NCBI GenBank assembly: GCA_046290225.1
Contig: JBKAGE010000078.1
Span: 224,001-288,000, forward strand
Direction of reading: 5' to 3'
DNA: 64,000 nt
Source: Bradymonadia bacterium
GTDB lineage: Bacteria; Myxococcota_A; Bradymonadia; UBA7976; UBA1532
Shown here: piece after piece, positions 9,306 to 19,921 of the stretch
Layout of the letters: the number at the start of each line of letters is the position of its first letter
Position numbering within the stretch: the stretch's first letter is position 1
Made by a program: the position numbers and the translations under genes
The notes under the pieces: model-generated
Seen by the model: only the letters and a program-made list of their open reading frames with translations
The model's database searches: none
Told to the model about the DNA's origin: nothing

Positions 9306-10833
9306 AGCGCCTGAGCAACCGGCGGATCAACCAGCGAGTCTCTTCCACCTTCAAGGCATACGCCCCCACGAAGGTGATCACCACGGCGCCGCCACCGGCG
9401 ATGCCGCCGCTGAGCAGAGGCGGCATCGCTTCGCTCAACAGCCCCACGACCCAGATGCCCAGCGCCGTAGCCCCTGCGGCCACGGGCAGCAGCCGCACGA
9501 GCAAGTCGGTGATGCCCGGCCCGCTGGCTCGGGGCCCATCAAGGGCACGTCTCAGCGCCCACATCAGCAACAGCACGTACACCAGAATGCTCATGGAAGA
9601 GGCCACGCCGAGGCCGAGTCCGCCGTACGACCCGTACAGCCACCAGTACACCGGCAGCATGGCCAGCACGACGATGGTGCCGATGACTGTGGGTGGCCAG
9701 GTCTGCCCTCGGGCATAGAAGCCTCGAGCCACGAGCCCTTGAGCGGACCAGCCCATGAGGCCGCCACAGAGAATGCCGGTGTAGAGCCCGATGTCCTGCA
9801 GGCCCTGGGCGTCGATGCGCCCTGATCCCCAGATGACCTGAGCCACCTGGACGCCGGCCACGGTGAGCCCCACCTGGGCGAGGACCGCCAACAACAGGAG
9901 CGCCCGCAGCGCCCGCACCAGGGTGGACCACGCCTCGACGGTCTCGCCGGCGTTCATCATGCGCGAGAGTGTGGGGAACGCCGCCATGCCCAGGGCGAGG
10001 CCAAAGACCCCCATGGGCACCTTCATCAGGGTGCGGGCGTAGCCCATCTGCGCCACGAGGCCCCCCTGCTCCGAGGCGAAGTAGGTCACCAGCCAGTCAT
10101 CCACCATGACCACGGAGAAGCCCAGCATGATGGGCAGCGCCCGGACGAAGTAGCGCTTCACGTCGGGGTGGCTGGGCTCCAGACGCCATCGCCACCGCAC
10201 GCCCAGCCGAATGGCGCCGAGGAGCGGCAACCCGAAGGGCCCCAGCGCCGCCCCAACGACCGCACCCCACGCGAAAGCATACTCACCATACTCAGGGCCC
10301 CAAATGAGCCCTGCGCCGACGATGCACCCGGTGTAGACCAGCGGCGCCAGGGCCGGCAGGCTGTGACGATCTTCAGCTTGGAGGGTGGCAGAGAGCAGGC
10401 CCCCGACGGCGTGAAAGAGCGCCGTAGGCAGCACGATGCGGTACAGCGAAACGAGGGCTTCTTGTTTCTCTGGGGCAAACCCTGGGGCGAGCTTCGGCGC
10501 CACCACCGGCGCCAACCACCACGCCACGGCGATCAGCACCAGGGCGCCGAGCCCCAACAGGTTGCCCACGGCGGCACAGGCCCGCCACCCACCCGCCTCG
10601 TCTCCATCAGCACGATGCTTCTGAAACAACGGGATGAAGACGAGGGAGATGGCCCCACCGGCGAGCAGGTAGAGCAGGTAGTCGGGCAAGACGAACGACG
10701 CCCGAAAGATGTCGGCGCCGTCTCCATCGCCGAGGGTGCGACCGATGACCGCTTCTCGCACGAGGCCGATGAGCCGCGAGAGCAGGTTGGCCAGCCCATA
10801 GATCAGGGCGGCGACGCCGATTTGACGGCTCAT
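9304..10833 (-). CDS. murJ: Lipid II flippase MurJ (MviN)
   Basis: LLSRLIGLVREAVIG, FIPLF, PMGVFG, RGFYA; about 14 TM segments. Confidence 0.9.
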   Translation of the reverse strand: MSRQIGVAALIYGLANLLSRLIGLVREAVIGRTLGDGDGADIFRASFVLPDYLLYLLAGGAISLVFIPLFQKHRADGDEAGGWRACAAVGNLLGLGALVLIAVAWWLAPVVAPKLAPGFAPEKQEALVSLYRIVLPTALFHAVGGLLSATLQAEDRHSLPALAPLVYTGCIVGAGLIWGPEYGEYAFAWGAVVGAALGPFGLPLLGAIRLGVRWRWRLEPSHPDVKRYFVRALPIMLGFSVVMVDDWLVTYFASEQGGLVAQMGYARTLMKVPMGVFGLALGMAAFPTLSRMMNAGETVEAWSTLVRALRALLLLAVLAQVGLTVAGVQVAQVIWGSGRIDAQGLQDIGLYTGILCGGLMGWSAQGLVARGFYARGQTWPPTVIGTIVVLAMLPVYWWLYGSYGGLGLGVASSMSILVYVLLLMWALRRALDGPRASGPGITDLLVRLLPVAAGATALGIWVVGLLSEAMPPLLSGGIAGGGAVVITFVGAYALKVEETRWLIRRLLRR

Positions 10834-10843
10834 CGAGGGCCCC

Positions 10844-11671
10844 TCACTCGGGGGAGGCCGACGCAGGTGGGGAGAAGACGCGCAGGAGCCCGCCTACGCC
10901 CACGGCCACACAGATCGCCCCCAGCAGGTCGAACCACACAGGCTGATAGACAACCTGGTCGACTGATGGCACATCGAAGCCTGGGAGGTTGGGCGCCAGG
11001 CCCAGGGCCATGAGCGACAGCAACAAGGGCATCGGCAGGGTGGACAGCGCAGCGACGGTTGCCGAGCCCGTACACGCGAAGAGCCACGCACCAAAGGCGA
11101 AAAGCGGAGCCACCAGAATGAGCGGATGGCCCAGGCCCTCCGCCATAATCCCCGCCCAGAAGCCGAGCATGGGGACCACCGTCCAACGTTCGAAACGGGT
11201 GAGCAGATGGCGGGCGATGAGCCCATTGAAAACCCAGGAGATCGTCACCAGTGAGAGGGCCACCACAAAGGTGGCTTCCCACGGGCTCACCTCCAGCCCA
11301 CCTTCTGGCGTCATAGGAATCGGCGGGGGCGCCGTGGACATGCTCTCGAGGACGTTGTCCACCTCAGAGGCCAGGATCAAGAAGCCGAGGGCTGCGATGA
11401 TGCTCAGCACCAAGATCTGCACGGTTGGCAATCGTGTGCTCAGGGGCGGCGCATCAGGGGCCACCTTCTGGTCGACGACATAGGCCGCGGCGAGGCCAGC
11501 GAGAGCGGCGACCCCTGCACCGAGCAAGGGGGCCTGGATCGCCGCCAGAGCCACCAGGGTGACCATGGTGGCCACCAACCAGCCTACAGCGATGAGGAAA
11601 GCCAGCTGCAGTGACTTCAGGGGCGAGGGCTGCTCGCCTCCCCCGCCGTTCTTGGGATCGTGCTCAGACAT
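10844..11671 (-). CDS. Membrane protein resembling a degenerate CPBP (Abi/CAAX) family member
   Basis: About 8 TM segments; layout resembles CPBP but the EExxxR and His motifs are absent. Confidence 0.45.
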   Translation of the reverse strand: MSEHDPKNGGGGEQPSPLKSLQLAFLIAVGWLVATMVTLVALAAIQAPLLGAGVAALAGLAAAYVVDQKVAPDAPPLSTRLPTVQILVLSIIAALGFLILASEVDNVLESMSTAPPPIPMTPEGGLEVSPWEATFVVALSLVTISWVFNGLIARHLLTRFERWTVVPMLGFWAGIMAEGLGHPLILVAPLFAFGAWLFACTGSATVAALSTLPMPLLLSLMALGLAPNLPGFDVPSVDQVVYQPVWFDLLGAICVAVGVGGLLRVFSPPASASPE

Positions 11672-11741
11672 CGGCGGGCACCCTACAGCGGGGTGTCATG
11701 GACGTCTAGTGCCAGGGCATGGGCCCTGATACATTGCCGCC

Positions 11742-13436
11742 ATGTCTACAATGCGCTCCGTCTACACCAACATCCGCGCCGCCCGTACGGCCATCAAGGA
11801 TGTTGGCCGCCTGCGTCAGATCGCCTCGGTTCTGGTGCGCCACGGTCTCGGCCACGTCGTCGAGTCCTGGAACCTTCAGGACAAGTTCCTGCTGGGTCTC
11901 ATGGTGCCTCAGACCCCGGTGGGCATGAAGCAGAAGTCATTGCCAGCCCGGGTCACCGAGGCCACCCAGCAATTGGGCCCCACCTTCGTGAAGCTCGGGC
12001 AGATCCTGTCCACGCGGCCCGATCTCATCCCTCAGGAGTTCTGCGACGCCCTCGCCACCCTGCAAGATCAGGTGCTGCCCATCGAGGCCGAGGCCGCCCG
12101 GAAAGTGATCAGGGACTCCACGGGCCGCGACGTGGACGACATCTTCGCCGAGTTCGACGACGAGCCCCTCGCCTGCGCCAGCATCGCCCAGGTGCACACT
12201 GCGCGTCTGAGGACCGGCGAAGAGGTGGTGGTGAAGGTGCAGAGGCCGGGCATCCGGGCCACCATCGAGAGCGATCTGCACATCTTGTACTTCGCCGCCC
12301 GGCAGCTCGAGGCCACCATCCCCGAAGCCCAGGCCTTCGACCCGGTCTCCATCACCCGAGAGTTCGAGAAGGCCATCATCCGGGAGCTCGACTTCACCTA
12401 CGAGGCCGATCACCTGCAGCGGTTCGATCGCAACTTCGAGGATGATCCTGGGGCCCACATCCCCAAGCTGTACCGCGAGTACTCCACGAGCCACGTGATG
12501 GTGATGGAGCGCCTCAAGGGCTGCAAAATCACCGAGGGCGCCCAGCACGGCCACGACATGGAGGCAGTGGCCAAGAACGCTGTGCGGGTGCTCTTCACCA
12601 TGGTCTTCGAGCACGGGTTCTTCCACGGCGATCTGCACCCCGGGAACGTCTTCATCCTCGAGGGCGGCCGCATGGGCCTCATCGACTTCGGCCTCGTGGG
12701 CCGGATGACCCCGACGATGAAGGACATGATGGCCGATCTGCTCATGGCCATCGTCACCAGCGACTATGAAGGCGTGGCCCGCAGCTTCTACGAGATCTGC
12801 ATCCGCCGCGGCCCGGTGAACTACGGTGAGTTCGAGTCCGACGTCATCGAGCTGATGGAGCGTTACTTCAGCCACAAGACCCTCGCCGAGGTGGACTTCG
12901 GCGCCTTCATCCGCGATCTCGTCGAGGGAGCCATCCGCCACAACGTCACCGTGCCCCCCGACTACACGATGTTCTTCAAGGCCATCATGACCGTAGAGGG
13001 CATCGGCAAGGCCATCGCCCCCGATCTCGACCTCATCGGTGAATGTCAGCCCTATGTAGAGAAGCTGATCCTCGCCCGGTACAGCCCCGAGCGGGTGATG
13101 AAGTCGGCAGCAGACACGCTGCAGGCCTTCGCGCGGTTCGGGCGGCAGTTCCCCATCACCGCGCATCAGTTCCTGTCTCAGATCGAAGACGGCAAGCTCT
13201 CGATCGGGGTGGAGCACCAGCAGCTCGAGCAGCTCGAGAAGGGTCGGGCCGAGCGGAGCAACCGCGCCGTCACGGGGGCCATCGCCGGCGTGCTCATGCT
13301 CTGCGGCACCCTCGTGCGTCACGATCCCGGCTTTACCCTCTTCGGGATGCCCGGGCTGAGTGCGGTGTTGTGGATCATCGGCGGCGGCATCGCCAGCCGG
13401 GTGCTGTGGCGCATCTACCGCTCAGGTCACTGGTGA
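11742..13436 (+). CDS. ubiB: AarF/UbiB/ABC1 atypical kinase
   Basis: LGPTFVKLGQILSTRPD, ACASIAQVH, VKVQRP, FFHGDLHPGN, IDFG; C-terminal TMs. Confidence 0.9.
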   Translation: MSTMRSVYTNIRAARTAIKDVGRLRQIASVLVRHGLGHVVESWNLQDKFLLGLMVPQTPVGMKQKSLPARVTEATQQLGPTFVKLGQILSTRPDLIPQEFCDALATLQDQVLPIEAEAARKVIRDSTGRDVDDIFAEFDDEPLACASIAQVHTARLRTGEEVVVKVQRPGIRATIESDLHILYFAARQLEATIPEAQAFDPVSITREFEKAIIRELDFTYEADHLQRFDRNFEDDPGAHIPKLYREYSTSHVMVMERLKGCKITEGAQHGHDMEAVAKNAVRVLFTMVFEHGFFHGDLHPGNVFILEGGRMGLIDFGLVGRMTPTMKDMMADLLMAIVTSDYEGVARSFYEICIRRGPVNYGEFESDVIELMERYFSHKTLAEVDFGAFIRDLVEGAIRHNVTVPPDYTMFFKAIMTVEGIGKAIAPDLDLIGECQPYVEKLILARYSPERVMKSAADTLQAFARFGRQFPITAHQFLSQIEDGKLSIGVEHQQLEQLEKGRAERSNRAVTGAIAGVLMLCGTLVRHDPGFTLFGMPGLSAVLWIIGGGIASRVLWRIYRSGHW

Positions 13437-13442
13437 GGCGCT

Positions 13443-15305
13443 TCAGCAGCACCCGCACTCGGCGGTCTCGGGCGGGTCGAGGAACCCGTCGAGTACCTTG
13501 ATGGCCACCTTGTAGCGGTTGAAGGGGGGCATGATGTACGCCCCCTGCACCCGGTGGCGCACGGCGGCGAGGGCCTCTCGGGCGATGGCGATGCCTTCTT
13601 CTTGCCCCCGGCCCTGCTCGTCGGCGGCCTTCATCCGCAGCCTGATCTCGTCGGGGATCTGCATGCCCGGCACGTTGTTGTGCAGGAACTCGGCGTTTCG
13701 GTAGCTGGCCAGCGGGCACAGCCCCAACATCACCGGCAGCCCCATGTCCGCCACATCGTCGAGGAACCGCTCCACCTTGGACGGATCATAGACCGGTTGG
13801 GTCATCACCACCTCGGCTCCGGCCTCGCGCTTCATCGCCAGACGCCTCAGCTCCCGATCGTAGTCCAGCGCCGCGGGCTCCGCCCCCGTGGCCAGTACGA
13901 AAGAGGTGGGGCTCATCTCTTTGCCCGCAGGATCAACGCCTGCGTTGAAGCCCTTGATCACCTCGAGCAAGCCCACACTGTCGAGATCGTACACCCCCGT
14001 GGAGTTGGGATAGGCCCCCATCTTCGGGGGATCGCCCGTGATGACCACGAGGTTGCGCACCCCCATGGTGTGGGCCCCGAGCAGGTGAGAGAGCAGCCCG
14101 AGGAAGCTGCGATCGCGGCAGCAGATGTGCACGATGGGCTGCAAGCCGGTCTGGGCCTCGATGGCCTGAGCCATGGCCAGGTTGCCCATGCGCACGCTCG
14201 CCCGGGGGCCGTCGGCGATGTTGATGGTGGTGATCCCCGCCTCTTTGAGGGCCTGAGCAGCGATGACCTTCTTCTCGAGATTGAACCCCGTGGGCGGGTT
14301 GATCTCCACGCTGGTGACGAACCGGCCTGCGGCAAGCTGAGCGCCGAGCGTGCTCCGAGCGGCAACGGGCGTCGCCGGCTCCACGGGAGAGGCGCCCCCC
14401 TCGATCTTGATCTCTTTCGCAGCGGGGTCTTGCGCCGCGGACATCATGCGAGCAGCCCCAGCCATGGACTTGATGTGAGAAGGTCGAGTGCCACAGCAGC
14501 CGCCGACCACCTTCACCCCTGCCTTGAACAAACGCCGGGCAAAGACCCCGAAGTACTCGGGATTCGCCACATATATCATGCGGCCGTCCACCACCTCGGG
14601 GGCCCCGGCATTCGCCTGGGCCATCACCGGCACGCCGAGGCCTACCATCGGCGTCGACACCCGGAACAACAAGTCAGGGCCGCCGCCACAATTGGAGCCG
14701 ATCACGTCCGCGCCGGCGTCGATGAGCCGCTGGCCCACGACCTTCGGCGGCTGACCGTTTTGCGTGACGCCTTCAGGGGTGAAAGTCATCAAGGCCACGA
14801 TGGGCAGCTCGGTCCGGGTCCGGGCGAGGGACACCGCGAGCTCGATCTCTTGAAGCTCGTAAAAGGTCTCGAAGATCAGGGCGTCTACCCCGGTCTCCAG
14901 CAGGACGTCGATCTGTTCGATGAAGGCCGCCTCGGCCCTGGCACCCTGGGGGCCCACGAGCTGCTGCAGGGTGAGGCCCGTGGGCCCGACGCTGCCACAG
15001 ATGAATGCCCTGCCCTTCGCCGCCGCGCGGGCCAGCTTGACCCCGGCGACGTTGAGCTCTCGGACCTTCGCGCCGAGCTCGTGCCGCTCCAGGCGCAGGC
15101 GGTTGGCCCCGAAGGTGTTGGTGGTGATGGCCCGGGCCCCCGCAGCGAGATACTCGCCGTGGATCTGCTCCACAAGCTCGGGCTGGCCCAGGTTCACTGC
15201 TTCGAAGTTCCGGTTGAGGAACACGCCATGGTCGTAGAGCAGCGTGCCCATGGCCCCGTCGAAGAGCAGGCCGCCGCGTGAGGCCAGGGTGAGAAAATCG
15301 CTCAT
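13443..15305 (-). CDS. yitJ: Bifunctional homocysteine S-methyltransferase / 5,10-methylene-THF reductase
   Basis: DGAMGT, TNTFGAN, GSNC and GGCCG Zn ligands; C-terminal MTHFR domain (HICCRDR, TGDPP, TQPVYD). Confidence 0.9.
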   Translation of the reverse strand: MSDFLTLASRGGLLFDGAMGTLLYDHGVFLNRNFEAVNLGQPELVEQIHGEYLAAGARAITTNTFGANRLRLERHELGAKVRELNVAGVKLARAAAKGRAFICGSVGPTGLTLQQLVGPQGARAEAAFIEQIDVLLETGVDALIFETFYELQEIELAVSLARTRTELPIVALMTFTPEGVTQNGQPPKVVGQRLIDAGADVIGSNCGGGPDLLFRVSTPMVGLGVPVMAQANAGAPEVVDGRMIYVANPEYFGVFARRLFKAGVKVVGGCCGTRPSHIKSMAGAARMMSAAQDPAAKEIKIEGGASPVEPATPVAARSTLGAQLAAGRFVTSVEINPPTGFNLEKKVIAAQALKEAGITTINIADGPRASVRMGNLAMAQAIEAQTGLQPIVHICCRDRSFLGLLSHLLGAHTMGVRNLVVITGDPPKMGAYPNSTGVYDLDSVGLLEVIKGFNAGVDPAGKEMSPTSFVLATGAEPAALDYDRELRRLAMKREAGAEVVMTQPVYDPSKVERFLDDVADMGLPVMLGLCPLASYRNAEFLHNNVPGMQIPDEIRLRMKAADEQGRGQEEGIAIAREALAAVRHRVQGAYIMPPFNRYKVAIKVLDGFLDPPETAECGCC

Positions 15306-15513
15306 GTCTGTCGTGCTCCCTCTCGCACTCGCTGATCTCCGCCGAGGGCATCGGCGCCCACCCGCCCGTTGTCATCGACCTGCGGGCGGTGGGCCTTTAC
15401 GATGCCCGAAACCACCCTGTGGCCTCGGCCGATCTGCACACACGCACGCCTGAGGACCCCATGTATGCGACAACAGGACCCTGGAGACAAGTTGGCCCAG
15501 GGCAGGAGCGCCG

Positions 15514-16026
15514 ATGGATCCACACGTCCTCCAGGGCAGCTATGATCGGTTCGCCCCCCGCTACGACGAGATCTTTCTCGAACAGCAGCGGCCCAAAATC
15601 ACTGCCATTTCCGAAGCATTGCCGTCTCCACCTCCAGGGCCTGTGCTCGACGCAGGGTGTGGCACGGGGCTGCTGCACCGCCTGACTGGATGGCCCGCGG
15701 TGCAGGTGGATTTCTCAAGAGAGATGCTGCATCACAACCCCGGGCCTCAGCGCGTGCTCGGCGATCTCGGGCGGCTCCCCTTCCCTGATGGTGTCTTTGG
15801 TACCGCATGTTGTGTCACCGCACTCCTGGACTTCGGCCCAGACATACGTGGGCTCTCCGAGCTCATCCGTGTGGTGCGCCCTGGCGGGTACCTCGCCCTC
15901 TCCGCGCTCAAGGTAGATGACCTGCCCAGCCTCGAGTCTGCCCTGGCAGCGGCCCCCCTCACCGAGCTGAAACGGCTCGACCTCGACCAGGACATGGGCT
16001 GGATACTCCAGCGCACAGACGGCTGA
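15514..16026 (+). CDS. Class I SAM-dependent methyltransferase
   Basis: VLDAGCGTG, VDFSREML, LPFPDG, RVVRPGG. Confidence 0.85.
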   Translation: MDPHVLQGSYDRFAPRYDEIFLEQQRPKITAISEALPSPPPGPVLDAGCGTGLLHRLTGWPAVQVDFSREMLHHNPGPQRVLGDLGRLPFPDGVFGTACCVTALLDFGPDIRGLSELIRVVRPGGYLALSALKVDDLPSLESALAAAPLTELKRLDLDQDMGWILQRTDG

Positions 16027-16084
16027 TCTCACCACACGACGAAGCCCTTGCCCCACCTGTGCAGTTGCTGTTCACTCCAGCACC

Positions 16085-17347
16085 ATGGATGCCTTCGATA
16101 CAGTGTCGATCCTCCTGGTGGTGGCAGGCCTCTTTGGCTACCTCAACCACCACTTCCTCAAACTGCCCTTCACCATCGGCCTCATGGTCTCGGGGTTGCT
16201 GGCTTCACTGCTCGTAGTGGCCATCGACGCCATGGCCCCAGGCCTCGGGTGGGGTCAGGCGATCTCTGAGGCGGTGCTGGGCATCGACTTCACCGACTCG
16301 GTGCTCAGGGTGATGCTCGGGGCGCTGCTCTTCGCCGGGGCGATGCACGTCAACCTCGACGATCTGCTCGATCAAAAGGGCATCATCCTCACTCTCGCCT
16401 CCGTGGGGGTGATCTTGTCCACGGTGGTCTTCGGCGGCATGGCCTATTACATCTTCGCCGCCCTGGGCCACCCGATCTCGCTGCCCTGGTGCATGGTCTT
16501 CGGCTCGTTGCTGGCCCCCACTGACCCCATCGCGGTGCTGGGCATCATGAAGTCACTCGGAGCGCCCAAAGCGCTTGAGTCGAAGGTGGCCGGTGAGTCG
16601 CTCTTCAACGATGGCGTCGGCGTGGTGGTCTTCGCCGCCCTCGTGTCCTGGGCCTCTTCTTCCACCGGAGATGTGCCCTGGGGTGACGTGGGCGTGCTCT
16701 TCCTCGAGGAGGTGGGCGGCGGCGTGGTGTTGGGCCTCGGCGCGGGCCTGCTGGTCTACAAGGCCATGCGTACCCTCGACGAGCCTAACCTCGAGATCCT
16801 GCTCAGCGTGGGCTTGGTCATGGGCATGACCACCGTGGCCTACGCCCTGCATTTCTCCGCCCCCCTCGCCTGCGTCTTCGCCGGCCTGCTCATCGGCAAC
16901 CACGGCCGCCGCCTGGCCATGTCTGCCAAGACCCGCGAGGCCCTCGATCTGGTCTGGGCCTTCATCGACGAAGCCCTCAACGCCATCTTGTTCCTGTTGG
17001 TGGGCCTCGAGGTGTTCCAGACCCAGTCTTCCATGTTGGTCCCAGCCCTGGTGGCGATCCCCATGGCCCTGCTCGCCAGAGCCGTGGCCGTCTCAGTCCC
17101 CGTGAAGGCCCTCAGCCTCGGCCGCGACTTCCTCCCGGGCACCACCCCCATCTTGATCTGGGGAGGCCTCAAGGGTGGCATCTCTGTGGCTCTGGCGCTC
17201 TCGCTGCCCCAGTTCGAGGGCCGAGGCATCATCATCGCCGCGACCTATGTAGTGGTGGTGTTCTCCATCTTGGTGCAGGGCATGACCGTCGGCCCTCTGA
17301 TCAAACGCCTGACCTCGACGGATCCATCTCAGGCCTCTCATCACTGA
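16085..17347 (+). CDS. CPA1 (NhaP-type) Na+/H+ antiporter
   Basis: PTDPIAV, GESLFNDG, WGGLKGGIS. Confidence 0.92.
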   Translation: MDAFDTVSILLVVAGLFGYLNHHFLKLPFTIGLMVSGLLASLLVVAIDAMAPGLGWGQAISEAVLGIDFTDSVLRVMLGALLFAGAMHVNLDDLLDQKGIILTLASVGVILSTVVFGGMAYYIFAALGHPISLPWCMVFGSLLAPTDPIAVLGIMKSLGAPKALESKVAGESLFNDGVGVVVFAALVSWASSSTGDVPWGDVGVLFLEEVGGGVVLGLGAGLLVYKAMRTLDEPNLEILLSVGLVMGMTTVAYALHFSAPLACVFAGLLIGNHGRRLAMSAKTREALDLVWAFIDEALNAILFLLVGLEVFQTQSSMLVPALVAIPMALLARAVAVSVPVKALSLGRDFLPGTTPILIWGGLKGGISVALALSLPQFEGRGIIIAATYVVVVFSILVQGMTVGPLIKRLTSTDPSQASHH

Positions 17348-17374
17348 GCAGGCCCCTCGACAGCGGGTCACACT

Positions 17375-18235
17375 TTGACCGCCACCACCCTGGCCTGCCT
17401 CATCTGCGCCGCCCTCGCCTGGTCCTGCCTCGACGCGCTGCGCAAGGGCCTCGGCGCCCGCCTGGACATCGTCTCCGCCCTGTTGATGCTCACCCTCGTG
17501 CAGGTGCCCGCCTTCGGCGTGTGGCTGTACGTGGAAGGCTGGCCCCTGGTGAAGTCAGGCTTCTGGCCCCTGACCCTCGGGGTGCTGGCGCTGAACCTGC
17601 TCTCCAACCTGATGTTTCTGCGGGCAGTGCAAGTCTCACCGTTGAGCCGCACGGTGCCATACCTGTCTCTCACTCCAGTGTTCACCATCGGCGCCGCCGC
17701 GCTGGCCCTCGGGGAATGGCCCACGACTTTGCAGCTCGTGGGCATGGGCCTGGTGCTCCTCGGCGCCATCGGCCTCAACGCCGGGCACTTGCACCCACGA
17801 CAGATCGACAAGGGTGTCTTGCTGATGATTGGGGTGGCGATCATCTGGGCCACCAACTCGGTCTTCGACAAGATGGCCGTGTCCCTGAGCAGCCCTCCTC
17901 TCCACGGCATGGTGCAGATCGGGGGACTCGCGGTGATCGTCGCCCTATGGCTGGGTCTTCGAGGGCGTCTCGGCGAGGCGCTGCACGCCGGCATGAGGCA
18001 TCGCGGGATCGTGCTCGCCTCTGGGGGGGTGGCCGCCCTGGCCATGGGCCTGCAGCTCGTGGCTCTTCAGCTGACCCTGGCGAGCGTGGTCGAGGTGGTG
18101 AAGCGAGCCATCGGGCTGGTGATGGCGGTGCTCCTGGGCCGAATGTTCTTCGGAGAAGGGTTCACTGCGGGAAAGTGGGTGTCGGTGGGGCTGATGGGGG
18201 CGGGCACCATCCTGGTGCTCACCCAGGGCGGCTGA
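17375..18235 (+). CDS. EamA/DMT family transporter
   Basis: 10 TM segments in two repeats; SPLSRTVPYLSLTP, KR..G..MAVLLG..FFGE. Confidence 0.85.
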   Translation: MTATTLACLICAALAWSCLDALRKGLGARLDIVSALLMLTLVQVPAFGVWLYVEGWPLVKSGFWPLTLGVLALNLLSNLMFLRAVQVSPLSRTVPYLSLTPVFTIGAAALALGEWPTTLQLVGMGLVLLGAIGLNAGHLHPRQIDKGVLLMIGVAIIWATNSVFDKMAVSLSSPPLHGMVQIGGLAVIVALWLGLRGRLGEALHAGMRHRGIVLASGGVAALAMGLQLVALQLTLASVVEVVKRAIGLVMAVLLGRMFFGEGFTAGKWVSVGLMGAGTILVLTQGG

Positions 18236-18253
18236 GCGCCACCCTGCTTCACA

Positions 18254-19921
18254 TCACTTGGAGGGCACCGGGCCGGCCTGAAGCACGCGCTCGGGGATGT
18301 CGGGCAGCTTGCGGATGGCCTCCTGGAAGATGCCGGCGAGCTTGTCTGCCGTGGCGTTGTAGGCGTCGACGTCTTCCCAGGCGTTGCGGGGATCGAGGAT
18401 CTCGTCGGGCACCCCAGGCATGCTCTTGGGCACGTACATCTTGAACGTGGGGTGGTACCAGAAGTTGTCCTCGTTCATGTTGACGTTGTCGTCGCGGACA
18501 GCGTTGATGATGCCCTTGCTCACCAGGATGTCGACGCGGCTGCGGTTGGGCAGGCTTTGGGGCCCGAGCCAGCCGGTGTTCACCAGCCACACCTTGGTGC
18601 CGTGCTTCGAGATCAGCTTGGCGAGCAGCTCCATGTAGTACATGGGCTTCAAGGGCATGAAAGGCTTGCCGAAGAAGCTCGAGAAGGTGGGCACCGGATC
18701 AGTGATGCCCTTCTCGGTGCCGGGCATCTTGCTGGTGAAGCCACAAGCGAAGTGGAACATGCCACCCTCGGTGGACAGGCGCGCCACAGGGGGCAACACG
18801 CCAAAGCCGTCGGCGGTGAGGAAGGTGATGTTCGCCGGGGCCTTCGAGGTGCCCGAGGCCTTCGCCGTGGGCACGTAATCGAGGGGGTAGCCCACGCGGC
18901 CGTTCGCCGTGATGGAGCCGTTGCTGTAGTCCACCACGCCGTTGTCATCGTGGAAAAGGTTCTCCGCCGTGGTGCCGTACCCGATGGCGTTGTAGGTCTC
19001 GGGCTCCTTGTCCTGGCGCAGGTTCTCGGTCTTGGCGTACTGGCCGCCCTCCATGTTGGAGATGGCCCGATCGCCGGTGTTGTCGATCTCGATGCAGATC
19101 TGATCGTCGGCGACAGGGTGACCGGTGTTCGAGAGCGTGGTCTTCCCGGTGCCGGACAGGCCCGCGTGCACGGCGGACAGGCCGGTGTTCCCCTCGGAGG
19201 CCCCGGCGTGCATGGTCAGGATGCCCTTGAGGGGCAGCAGGAAGTTCTGCACGGCGAAGATCGACTTCTTGATCTGACCGTTGTAGCGGGTGCCACCGAT
19301 GATGGTGGTCCGGCTGGCGAGATCGGTGATGATGAAGGCGGTGCCGTGGGTGCCATCCTCGGGCTCGGCGTCGACGTCGGGGCAGTGCAGCACCGTCCAG
19401 CCGGGGGTGAAGCCCTTCAGCGCGTCGATGTCCTCAATGCGCACGAAGATGTTGCGCGCAAAGAGCGCGCCCATCGGGCGACCGGTGACCACGCGCACGT
19501 TCAGGCGGGTGGCGTCGGTGCGGCCGCTGTGGGCGTCGGTGACGTAGAGATCACCGCTGCCGGAGAGGTGCTCCACCACGCGGGCCCGCAGCCGACGGAA
19601 GACCTCGGGGCCGATGGGCTGGTTGTCGAAAGCACCCTTGGAGGCGTCGCCCCAGGCCACCAGCTCGTCGAGAGACTTGTCGTTGATGCGGAAGTCGGGA
19701 TCGTTCACGTAGAACGACGACTTCGCCGCGCGGCCGAAGTAGGGATCGGTGCGCTGATGCAGCGCGCCGTTGGCGAGTACCTCGGCCTGGCCCCGCTGAA
19801 CCGCTGCCTGGTAGAGGGCGTCCACCCCCAGGTTGCGGTAGACCACTCCGCTCGGGCGGATGCCGTACTCGGCCACCAGCGCAGGGCCCTCAACAAACAC
19901 AGAACGATCCAAGAGACTCAT
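18254..19921 (-). CDS. pckA: Phosphoenolpyruvate carboxykinase (ATP), divergent
   Basis: GLSGTGKTTLS, NMEGGQYAK, FLTADGFGVLPP, FGKPF, WLVNTGW; ATG 19921 after GGAGG. Confidence 0.92.
   Translation of the reverse strand: MSLLDRSVFVEGPALVAEYGIRPSGVVYRNLGVDALYQAAVQRGQAEVLANGALHQRTDPYFGRAAKSSFYVNDPDFRINDKSLDELVAWGDASKGAFDNQPIGPEVFRRLRARVVEHLSGSGDLYVTDAHSGRTDATRLNVRVVTGRPMGALFARNIFVRIEDIDALKGFTPGWTVLHCPDVDAEPEDGTHGTAFIITDLASRTTIIGGTRYNGQIKKSIFAVQNFLLPLKGILTMHAGASEGNTGLSAVHAGLSGTGKTTLSNTGHPVADDQICIEIDNTGDRAISNMEGGQYAKTENLRQDKEPETYNAIGYGTTAENLFHDDNGVVDYSNGSITANGRVGYPLDYVPTAKASGTSKAPANITFLTADGFGVLPPVARLSTEGGMFHFACGFTSKMPGTEKGITDPVPTFSSFFGKPFMPLKPMYYMELLAKLISKHGTKVWLVNTGWLGPQSLPNRSRVDILVSKGIINAVRDDNVNMNEDNFWYHPTFKMYVPKSMPGVPDEILDPRNAWEDVDAYNATADKLAGIFQEAIRKLPDIPERVLQAGPVPSK

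Noticed and set aside
15306..15513. Possible SAM riboswitch upstream of yitJ
   Set aside because: No SAM-I core (e.g. TTATC.AGAG...GAT) or other recognisable aptamer on the minus strand.
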